64,000 nt of DNA, taken from NCBI GenBank assembly GCA_964658305.1, contig OZ210884.1, positions 6,820,001 through 6,884,000 of the forward strand, written 5' to 3'. Shown here one piece after another: positions 25,201-36,380 of this stretch. Positions within the stretch are counted from its first letter, which is position 1. Every line of letters starts with the position of its first letter. Below the pieces are notes generated by a model that saw only the letters and a program-made list of their open reading frames with translations, searched no databases and was not told the DNA's origin. Source of the DNA: Leptogorgia sarmentosa. Lineage: Eukaryota. The translations under genes were made by a program, and so were the position numbers.

Positions 25201-28200
25201 ATATACATAATAGAAAGTGACATTATTCTGGCTTGTGCAAATATAATCTTCCAAACCAAGAAATAGTGTGGAAATACTCGCATTTCGTGTTCATGTTCCC
25301 ACGGAATTTCTCGTTTCTCCCACCAAACTTTCACGCGTGTTTCTTTCACTCTATAGAAACACGGAAAATATTTTCTATTTCTTAAATTTAAAAACGCGTC
25401 ATATAACACGATTAAAAACAAAGTTACAGTTTATGCAAATCAACAAAAATCTGTATCGCATATACAGACTACGCTATCTATCTCTCGCTTCACGAGTGTT
25501 AATGTGCTTAACAAATTTATTGTATGGTTTAGGGACATCAATGAACAGCTCGTGTCCTGTGAACATAACTTGCGACTGTGAAAATGGGAAAGATAAGCAA
25601 GAGACTCCTGATGCGAAGGAAGCTTTATTTGACAAACAGTTTCAAGACAAACTTTTTTCAACAGTGTTCACGAAACATGATGACAACGACAAAGATGAAA
25701 CCACACGTCCCCCTACCGTAAGAACGTTTCCAAATGTGGTTAGGAATAAAACTACGGTCTCGCAAGGATGCGATAATGATAGCAAGGTAAGCTCCTTGAA
25801 ACGTCTTAGTTCATTAATTTTCATAATATCAACATGCAGCAAAGTTCTAAATTATTCTCTATACCTAAACGATACAAAAACATTTGACGTTTCATCACAC
25901 CCTTCATCACTCAAATCCCCTACGAATCCCCTTGCTCAAAACGAACTTTGAGTGTTTGTATCGTTTAGGTAGTGAATAGTCTTTTTGCTGCTTGTAAGTG
26001 TTGTTATCCGCGCTACCTTGCTCTCCTGGCGATTTACCCTTGCCCATATAACCTATTCAGCTGGATTTTTATTTAAGATTTGACCTAAATAGCAGAGGCA
26101 AAGCAACTTACATTATTATGTTATTGATTGCGAAATCGCAAAGACAAAAAGAACTGAAATTATTTTTAGAACTCTTCATGCTTCAATGCAACGTCCAAAA
26201 CTCCTCCAAAATCGAATCCCACCACAGTTATGACGTCTCAGCCGAGTACATTCCCTGTTGTCATCAAGCAGCGAAATGTCACTTCACAGCAAATCATTTT
26301 AACTGGGTTGAATTATTTTACTGAGCACACTGTTGAGGTAAGTTGTCCTGTCAGATTGTGTTTTGTGATAACTGACAAGATGAAATAAGTTGTACTGTTA
26401 GGGTGTCTTTTTTAATAATTAACAAATGTCAATATAGCTACGTGACCATTCACAAAAATAGTCCATGGGTTGGTTGTATCGAAGTCATTTATAGCTTAAA
26501 ATGTGGATATGCAAAAATTTGAAAACATTTCTGTCCATCTTGTTAAAAACTGAATACTATAGAAAATACACGATTCCGCAAAGTGTGATAAAATTACACG
26601 CGTTTTTGACGAATTGGAAGTACAATATTTCATTAATTTTTCGAGAACTCGCGTAATTTCCTGATACAGTGATACTGTATAATATCATTGTGGATACACC
26701 TTCAGTAAACTACCATATATTGCTTAAAATTGACGTTGAGTGACGAAAAGATACAAAACCGTTGTTTCAGTTGTTATTGTTAGATTATAGTTATGGGATA
26801 GAATCATATTAGTCAGGGAAATAACTGATTATCACTATATATTTTTATCAGGTGTGTGCGTGCAATGGTGCAGGTTGTGCTGAATCCAGACTTTTCGTAA
26901 CAGGATGTTCAACTGCCGTAGGAAGAACAGGAAAAAGCGGTAAGTCACAGTCACTTACTTGTAGCTTTTCAGAACAAATCTTCAATGCCGTGTTTAGTTG
27001 CCAACAAGCGAACACCACCTGAAGCGAAAGTATATGTGAACCAGTATAATTATTAGGTAAAAACAATGCAACATAAATGACGTAAAAGAAAATAAATATA
27101 GTATGTACATGAAACCATTCATGATGAAACTAAATACTAAAATGATAGCACAAGATAATCCTAAACAGCTACATTGTTTTGGAGCCTTGGCTCTTCGATA
27201 GACTATAATAATAACAAGTATAATTTTCAGTGGTAAATAATGGCTGAGGTTTTTCACTACCTGACTGACTAGTGATTCCGGGGCAGCCCAAAGTTGGTTT
27301 CCACAACATCCTTTCGACGATGCAAATCCAAAAAACACAAAACATGCCACAAAATAGTATACGAAAGAATATCCGAAAGTTGGTTCAAAAGTTCTTTCAT
27401 GCACAGTACAATCGGAACGATAAAGTTTTGTAGTCGGGTTTTTATATCCCAAATTTATTTCCTTGTAGCATACTGCATTTTCTGTACTTGTTATTTTGTT
27501 AGATATGGCAGATGATGTTGGTAACACACTGAGTGTAACTGTAAAGGAGAAAAAGGTATGTTTTCTGCGTAATTTTGGAGAATTTTTTTTCAAAACTTCT
27601 TCATGTAGCCATTTTTGTACTCGAATTGTAGTTCACATTAAACTGGAAAGCTCCTGAACGTCCTAATGGTGTGGTCTTCATATACGAGATCTTGATAACA
27701 TATCGAAATAACGAGGAAAATAAAACGGTACTGTATTTGAGCGTATATAACCGGACTATACTCGTGTCTCATGCGAAACAAAAATGAGTAGGGAGTGGGA
27801 TGGTATCACAATAGACTACTCTCCTAATTAGTAATTACGTAATGATTCGTGGCGCGTTGCATCTAAGAGCTAATCCGTGCAAAAGCTCTTAGAAAAGCTA
27901 CAACCAGGTGTACGATGACTATACGACAACATTTTCGCGAAACTTTGAATTATTTGAATTATCATTATTTGAATTTGAACGTTGTGTGTATATATATATT
28001 TATATATTTTGTACATTTTGTACATTTGTGCGATTTCTTCTCGTAATTAATTCCGACGATACCCTCGCTAAAAACTTCAAATTTAACATATTTGTTTGAT
28101 TTGACATATTTGCCGTTTAGTTTTTGCTCATGTCCACATTGTATCGTTGCTTAGATCACCATGGAGGATTGTGTTACGGCGCCAAAGACTTCATATGAAA

Positions 28201-31200
28201 AACCTGGAGCATCATTTGGAGATTACACCGCAAAAGTGCGAGCAAAAACACCTGTGGGGAATGGTTCTTGGAGTAATGAAGTCACTTTCAACATTACAGA
28301 ATATGATCCAACACGTGAGTAACACGACCCTTTCAGACGTGCAATAATTCTCGCTGCGATTTTAAGTTCGAGTTTCTCCTTCTGACAGATGTGAAAGAGC
28401 TAGTGGATTAATATAGCCAATGTGCTGAGTGCAAATTTCCTCAATTGAACATTCACAAATGGTTTCCTCGTTCACATCTATCAAAAGGAAAAATCACACT
28501 AGAAATCGCAACGAAAGTTGCAAGTATAAACGCCTTTGTGAAAATAAAACGATTATGGAAATATTGCCAGTCTGCGCTCCTTTTACCTCGATTTCTCGTT
28601 TCCGACATTGGTCAATGGTTCTTGCGTCTACATTTCGTCTGCGCATGCACGGGAAGATAATTTTTTTCCAATCTAAATTTTATCTTCAATTCTTGAGCAA
28701 TATAAAATATGAGAAGACAGATTTAGGTTTAGGACGCGAACGTCAACGACGACGTGAAAACGGCATCGCGCGAGATGGCATTGCATTTACGCCATTTTCA
28801 CGTCGTAGCCTGTCGAAATGCATGCAGTATTTGCACTTTTTATTCCATTCACTTTATGTAAATCGTCTTTTTGAAACTCGTGCTTCTTTTCTTGTACCTA
28901 CAGGATTACAAAACACCGAAGATGATGTGAATTTAGTAACCGTGATTGGTGTTAGTATTGCAGCAGTTTTAGCGGCTGTCGTTGTTTTTGCTGCTTTTAC
29001 ATATTCCTTCATACAAAGGTACACTATAACTAAATGATTAACAGCGATGCCAAAATTATCGTAGGTTTTGAAAATGTCTACTTCTTTTCATTTTCTTGTA
29101 GTAAGATCATGAGATTATTAGCGGCTGTTGTACCTACTCATTTCATGATTCTTACTGTATAGTAGCTGCGTCTGAGTTTTTTAAAGTTTCCATTACTAAA
29201 GTATGAAGTTATTTAACAAGTGGTGTGATTTGCTTGATTGCAGACAAAAGAAACATGGAAATGCCACTGGAGTTCTGTTTTCTTCAACTAACCCCGAGTA
29301 TTGGAATTGTTCAGAAGGTGAGAAAATTTTTTCCCGAATATACCGAAAATATTGTGAGAATTTTTCCTGATATCATTAAGCACAATGGACCGATTGCATA
29401 ATAGAAAAATTTCCGAAATTGGGCAATTCATTTTAACAGCGTTAAGGAGCAAAATGTTGTAAAATACGGAAAATATACGTAGCCGTAGGAAAATTTGTAC
29501 TATACGTGCATGAAATGGTACCTAAATTGGTTACGAGTAATGCAAGTGTTTAGCTAAATTGAGTAAAAGCAAACTTATTGTCGTTTTGTTTCAAACGTTT
29601 AGTGTATGTGCCCGATGAATGGGAAGTTCCACGACATAATATTACTTTGATACGTGAACTTGGTAATGGTTCATTTGGCATGGTGTGGGAAGGAGAAGCT
29701 GTTGGAATATTACCTGGTGTTGACAGTTGTAAAGTTGCTGTTAAGGTATGAATGAAATAATGCAGAATTTTCATCAGTTGATCATTTAGTATCGTACAGA
29801 TAATTAATTACGTTTCTCGTCAAGCATGCTCATATAGTGGTAGTTACGAAGTCCAAGAAAGCGTCATTATGCATAAGGTGTAAACTGACATGATTTTTTT
29901 CTTAGACTGTGAGTGATAACAGCTCTATTCGTGATAAAGTGGAGTTTTTAAAAGAAGCATCAATAATGAAGTAAGTAAATAGAAATTGTGCCTATGCCGT
30001 TTGGTGTTGATTTTTGTGAATAGTGTTTGTTAGCAATTGAATCAATTTCTGTGCTAAAAGGTATATATTAGCGAGGTTCAGATTTGACTCCGCTACTGCT
30101 ACCTCTTACTAACCTATTGCGCATATGATTGGTTAACAGGATAGACTTGACGCATCTGATTGATTCATGTTCTCTTAATGGTAGCGGCAGTGGTAGTGGA
30201 AGTCAGATTTGAACCTCGCTATTATAGTGGAAGTAGAGCCGTCGTCTGTGGCGTGCTTTAATTATATCCTTGCTTTTAGGGCATTCAATTGTAATCATGT
30301 TTTACGGCTATTGGGAGTTGTATCGGCAGGCGATCCTGTCCTAGTAATCATGGAGCTGATGGAAAACGGAGATCTCAAAAGTTTCCTACGAAGACGAAGA
30401 CCCGTAAGTATAAAGCATGCATGTGTACCAACTACAATCTTGGACAAGAGTGTTGAGACACTTGAACATGAACATTCATGGGTTCTAACCTGAGCAGTAA
30501 CCTACAGCACTCCCTCCCTCTCCCACCCAGTTCAGTGTTGAAAATTGAGCAAAGGATTTGTGTGCACATAACCGTATACTGATAAATCGAGTCTATTTGA
30601 AATAAGCCAACTGTAAGGTATGAATATAGGGATGATGTCCCAAGGACCTTTGCGCAGAATTATGTACTAGATCCTCAGTTAGCATCATTGTCTCGTTGTC
30701 AAATCTGATTGTGGCTGTGCTGGCAAATTTTGTTCTTTGTGCTGGTATAGATTAATTTTTAGTCTATAACCGGATTCATCCAGTCTTAAATAAATACCGA
30801 TAATATATTTGTAGGATGCTGAGGAGGAATGTGATCTTCCACCACCAACTGATATTGAACTGTATCAAATGGCTGCCGAGATTGCCGATGGAATGGCGTA
30901 CTTAGCCGAGAGGAAATTTGTTCACAGGTATATCTGACATTTAAGATGATTGAATAACCTTGTTCTCACCAAGGGCACTGATCGTGGCGTAACTGGCTAA
31001 CTCCTGTGTTGTAGTATACAAATGTTGTTCTGTTGCTAACGTAATATGTTCCTTGCTATATATATACCGAAGTTCGTTACCGTTTAATTGCATCCAACTT
31101 CCTCCTGATCTCCGTTTATTTTATCCGCAAATTTACATTTTTTATGCTGCTGATATAGCACTGTTCCTGCAGTATTACTGCAGTATTACTGCTATAGAGC

Positions 31201-33483
31201 GTTTTCTGCATCATATTTTGCTTTACAGCATGTCTAATGACGTATGGTGTCTTTTTGTGTAGAGATCTTGCAGCAAGGAATTGTATGGTATCTGGAAATT
31301 ATACTTGCAAAATAGGAGGTATAGTTGAAACAAAGTATATAATAAGTGCACTCTTTCTCAATACTCTCGTGTAGTACTGATTTCTAACGGCTATTAGTAG
31401 AATCATACTCGTATACTATTGCAAATGCTGCAATTTGATTGGCTACTCTACTCGCTATCTATTCCTCGATAGATAGCGAGTAGCGAAATATGTGAATTTT
31501 CGTTAAAGAAAATGCCTTCTGAGACGCGTTTTTAAATATTTTTTGCAATATTTTCATGTTTGATCTCTGATTCTACTAAAACAATTAGATTACTCGCTCT
31601 CGATTTCTACGAGATGATAGTTGATTCGGGCTTCGCCCTCATCAACTATCACCTCATAGAAATCTCGAGCTCGTAATCTAATTGTTAAATATTGTTATTC
31701 GCTCCCTACTCTGGCAAAATACATTGAAATAGGACTAGGATTATTGTGGATTCTCCAATGCTCCATAATCCAGATCTTGACGTGTTTTACTATGTGTTGC
31801 TAAAAACATATACAACTGAAAACACCTCGAAAGTTGAAGAACTATGTATTGTAGTGCTTGATATGAAAAACCATTTCCTTTTGTAGTATCTTCATGTATC
31901 GCTAAAAAAATGTTAAACCTTTTTGTTCGACTAGATTTTGGAATGGCACGGGACGTGTATGAAACAGATTACTATCGGAAAGGTGGCAAAGGTATGTAAA
32001 AAAATCCCAAATTGAATTTGCACGAATTTTCGCCATTTCCGCGCTCTTTATGGAGATGGTGAGAAATACCTGTTATTAGATCCAACCTGGTGAAAAAAAA
32101 GGTTATTGAAGAACTGGCGAAATCCCATGCTTGTTTTTATCCTGAAGTTTTTTTAGCTCATAATTCCATAGCTTCGTAGCTACCATGTTATCAATTATAT
32201 CTTTCAAACACTCAGCTCGTAAATTGCACTAAATATTTTTCTTTTCAGGTTTCTTACCAGTGCGTTGGATGGCTCCAGAATCTTTAAAAGATGGAGTATT
32301 TTGCAGTGCTTCGGATGTTTGGTAAGGAAATGTTGCGATGAGCTCACACAACGAACTCTAAGAGCATTGAATTCGGCACATGAAAAGTTCTAAATCTGAC
32401 TTAGGCCAACTGTCTGTACTATATAATCATCATGTTTATTGCATTATAAGGTCGTATGGTGTAGTTCTGTGGGAAATGGCAACATTAGCCGAACAACCGT
32501 ACCAAGGAAAGTCAAATGAAGAAGTTATGAAATATGTTTTGGATTCCAATTGCATGGATATACCTGAAACCTGTCCACGCAAATTGTGAGTGTTGATGAA
32601 AAACAATTTATAAAAAAATCATCATTCTATTGAACACGCCACTTATGAAATATAACGAGTTTCGTCGTTACAATAGACCTGGGGCCGGTTGTATAAAAAT
32701 CTTAACTACCCATATAAAATGATAAAAATCATTAACTTTGAAATACCCGTTTCTGATTGGTCAATTTTCGCACTTAACTATAGTTAGCTTTAACTACGTT
32801 TTCATACAACCGGCCCCTGATACACAACGACGTTCTTTTGCGCCGCGTGACCACAACTACCAGCATGCTTTGCGAGATTCGTGATAGAAACGACTACAAA
32901 TTCTCCCAAAACGTATTCTGGTAGTAGTGGTCACGCAGCGCAACAAAACGTCATTATGCATAAGGTCTATTGCAGAGAAAACTTCCGGCGATTCGTTTGA
33001 AGACCATGCATGTATACACGCGTAACGAGCTCGGCTATGCCACATGTTTTACGCGATTCTCTCGTATTATTCCAACATTCTCCTCTTGCATTATGACAGC
33101 ATTATATGACAGCATAATGGCACGCGACTCGTTATCTATTTCTTAGATAAAGTATAAAGACCGTTACAATAAAACATCAAAAAGAAGATTGATACGATTT
33201 GGTAAAGATGTGGTTATTTTATATTTGTAGATTGGAATTAATGTTGCTGTGCTGGCAGTATAAAGCCAAACTACGACCATCCTTTGTGTCTATTGTGGAA
33301 AATCTAGAGGGATATTTGTCGATTGAATTCACTGAAAGATCATTTTATCACAACGGTCGGTCGCGAAATGAAACTGACACTAGCAGTCTCGTCAGCCTGG
33401 GCACAGAAAACGATGATATATCAGAACTACAAGATATTACGACAGATGAAAGAAATCATTCTCCTCGAGAGAGCTTTGTTTGA
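16202..33483 (+). CDS. INSR: Insulin/IGF receptor-family tyrosine kinase, about 1386 aa, 29 coding exons
   Basis: Exons: 16202-16310 (signal peptide), 17116-17715 (L1), 20593-20774, 21170-21305 (Cys-rich), 21473-21601, 22152-22314, 22749-22981 (L2), 23447-23588, 23770-23826, 23947-23976, 24317-24447 (FnIII-1), 24730-24951, 25533-25786, 26170-26337, 26852-26939 (FnIII-2 and insert), 27503-27555, 27632-27727, 28155-28314 (FnIII-3), 28904-29018 (TM), 29244-29317 (NPEY), 29603-29745 (GNGSFG, VAVK), 29906-29970, 30280-30403, 30815-30927, 31263-31318 (HRDLAARN), 31935-31991 ([20 protein letters not shown]), 32249-32321, 32451-32585, 33231-33483. All introns are GT-AG, phases are consistent, and the 4161 nt are open. 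Confidence 0.95.
21676..21966. mobile_element. MITE-like inverted-repeat element in an INSR intron
   Basis: Left CAATGGATAATTTGCATAATAGA matches right TCTATTATGCAAATTGTTCATTG. A related left end occurs at about 29383. Confidence 0.6.
25862..25971. mobile_element. Short MITE-like element, same termini as 35931-36014
   Basis: TIR TACCTAAACGATACAAA / TTTGTATCGTTTAGGTA. Confidence 0.6.
30069..30221. mobile_element. MITE-like element, copy 1
   Basis: TIR TAGCGAGGTTCAGATTTGACT / AGTCAGATTTGAACCTCGCTA. Full-length similarity to 37668-37837. Confidence 0.7.
31400..31691. repeat. Dispersed repeat with a terminal hairpin of about 105 bp
   Basis: Hairpin AACAATTAGATTAC...GTAATCTAATTGTT at 31580-31686, ending in AAATA. 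Same architecture as 53686-54005 in the opposite orientation. Fragments near 315-375 and 1540-1640. Confidence 0.6.
32679..32819. mobile_element. MITE apparently nested in the left end of another inverted-repeat element (32672-32971)
   Basis: TIR CTGGGGCCGGTTGTATAAAAA / TTTTCATACAACCGGCCCCTG. The host ends are AATAGAC[insert]ATACACAACGACGTT and AACGTCATTATGCATAAGGTCTATT. Confidence 0.65.
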
Positions 33484-35930
33484 ATTTCTTGCCACGGTTT
33501 TACTAAAGTAAGAATAAGTGAGTCTCAAGTATCAGCTTCTGCATGCCCTCGCGAAAGAGAATTAGACAATTGAAATAATACAAACGACTTTTCATAGTTG
33601 TATGTATTTGTAAAAGTACCACTCATAGAAAGGCGTATTTTGCAAGTATTTTTACCCAAAAGAAATGCTAGATATATGTGTACAAAATGAAATCACGAGG
33701 ACATATAGGGGCTGTGGATGTGATACATTCGCAGAGGCATGTTCAAATTTGCGACGACAATCGGTTCAAGTAATTTGCGATCAAATTGAGTGGATTAGAG
33801 TGAAATAATTAGATGAAACAATTAGAATTTTATTTGAAGAAATTAATTATACATAGTATAGATAGTTATGAGTCCGAAATTAACCGAAATTAACCTAGTA
33901 AATAATGTAGATAAATAAAATGACGAAATCCAAATCAGTGATTCATAAGGATTTTCCACATACAGTGTATAGTATGTTATTCCACTGATCGCAATACATT
34001 GATGAGGCTTTTTGAATGTTTATTTGCACTAATCCTGAGCAAAACCTAGCGCGTTTCAAATGCCAAACACAGTGGAAGAAATTCCATTATACGCCGGTGG
34101 CATTTTCATTCCCAAAAATCAAGTATATAGAGCGTGGTTTCAACGCCCCGTAAATTCAAGTTCTTCAGTATATTTGCAACGTTAGGAACTTCATTGATAA
34201 TTGAGATCAGTGGATAAACATGGAAACATGTTACAAATAATTTGACGCTGTTGCACATTGCATTTTACGATGTAATTTGTTACACAATTTCAGCAAAAAA
34301 AATGGCATTTTATAACAATAGTGGCAGGATATGTCACTATATTGATACTCATTTCGTGTCAAAATGTCCCTGTTTCAGAGTCTGAGAATGTTGGCTGTTG
34401 GAAAGTGATATAGTACTTTCAGAGGTTCCATAATTTCAACGACGATTATATCGTTCCCCGGCCCACCATGATTCGTTTAGCCAAATAAGCATTGCCCAAT
34501 CAAAAATAAGACGTAAATTTAAACGTGGTATTTAATGCTGAAGTTGTGTTGGCAAATTGCATTATAATTGTTTTCCGATTGGTGCTGCAGAGGAAAGTAA
34601 AATGATGTAAATTAAAATTAGATATTTTTGTACGTATTTTTGTACTTGTAAAATACATCCTTTGAAACATAGTATTAATTGCAGTAGTTGGTTCATGCGA
34701 TACGGTTGGTCCATTTATTTATTTTTGGTTCTTCCTGGATACATACATGTAATATTACAACATGTCCCAGTAACTCGGAAGACGGAAGAACTGCCCAGTG
34801 TGTGATTAGGGTACCTAAAATTAAAAAATACTATTTTGCCATCTTCAATATTAGTGATACTACTAAAACCACAATGCAACGCGCTACGGGGAGTCGTCTA
34901 TTACGTCTATATGAAAATTTGCCCGCTTCTATATAAACTCTGGGTACTCTGATACTTATGTATACTTCATTGGCGTTAAGTACGGGGATTTTCTCGTTTT
35001 TTCCCAATATTTTTAAAGGCTTACGGTTTACAATTGCAATTTCTGCTGCGAATTTCAATGCAATTTTCTCCTTTTGATAGATGTGAACGAGTGGGTTAAT
35101 AACGAATACGTTGAGTCGCCGTGAAAGTTTCAAGTGTCTTTAAAAGCTTTCCTTCAAAAACTGGAATTGTCTAATTCCAGTTTTTACTCAGCTATAGCAA
35201 CGTGTTTGATGACGCACACGTCAGCATGCAGATGTGAATAGAGACGGCGATTGTGAAGTGGAATTTGTCCATGCTTTAGAATTTGTCGCTGAAAATTCAT
35301 TCAAGTATTTTAATCTTGCACCTGTCTCTACAAATATGTCAGAAATGGAAAAGGTCAAATTGAAAAGGTCAATGGGTCAAGAGTTGTGCCAGCATTTATT
35401 GTTTTGACCACGTGTCCAGCATTTCATCGACACTCATGATCATTCCAACAAATTTCTCGCTTGAGCAGGTATTGTATTTGCGACCAGTTGCTCCGCTCTT
35501 TCCTAACAGGTGGCTTTCTCTGTTCTGTAATCATGTTTGCTGACAAAAATAAAATCTTGCTACACAAGACGACGTGTTAAACGATTATATATATATATGT
35601 GGAAAGTATTGCTATATTTTGTTTCATAGTTTTGATTCTGTAATTCAAGTTGATTCGTAATTCACATTGAAGGTAAAGGTTGACATACGACAGCACAGGT
35701 TTAGTTTTCATCATAGTGGATTAGATTCAATGATATACAGTATATCAAATGTTGATTCCTTGATGGAGTTCTATGTCTGTTACATTGTATTAGAATATCT
35801 GGTAGCTAGTAGTCGATCTTACGTATTTCAACCTTCGTATATGATGATGACGGCTCACTTCAAAAAGTTCAATATGTGGCGAGTGTAGGTAACGGATGGC
35901 GACATCAACAAGCAGCAAAAGTTCAACCCA

Positions 35931-36014
35931 CTACCTAAACCATACAATAAGATTCAAAATTTTTAGCAAGGGCTCTTTGCATGACGAATTGCCGTTAATG
36001 TATCGTTTAGGTAG
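35931..36014. mobile_element. Short MITE-like element, same termini as 25862-25971
   Basis: TIR CTACCTAAACCATACA / TGTATCGTTTAGGTAG. Confidence 0.55.
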
Positions 36015-36380
36015 TTAAAAAAAGGTTTTGTTCATCAATCATCACAGTCATAGAATAGCCACGTCGACAAAAATTGATCGGTTTGACAAAATCATTCAGT
36101 GTGTAAATTTTGCTGTTCACTGCATTCTATTTTTTTACTTTTTTGCATTTATATAATTTTTAAATATAAAATATGAAATTTATGTTCCGAGTAGTTAACA
36201 AGATATATAAAAATCAGTGACTTGAAATTGAACTACGGACTTTGATGATGATTTTGGGAATGAAGGAGCTAGATTATTGCATTTTTATCTTGATGTTATC
36301 ATTTCTAACTTCTATCATTAATATATATAAACTATACGTTCATTAGTAGGGTAAAGAATTTTTTCCGCCTATTGTTGCAG

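Noticed and set aside
26994..27593. 199-aa minus-strand ORF
   Set aside because: It is antisense to an INSR exon and intron, has low-complexity composition and shows no domain motifs.
25268..29037. ORFs 25268..25951 and 28429..29037 as standalone genes
   Set aside because: They are INSR exons extended by open intronic sequence.
35897..36010. ATG-initiated frame as the first exon of the bZIP gene
   Set aside because: It runs through a MITE, and its phase-1 donor gives a stop in the next exon.
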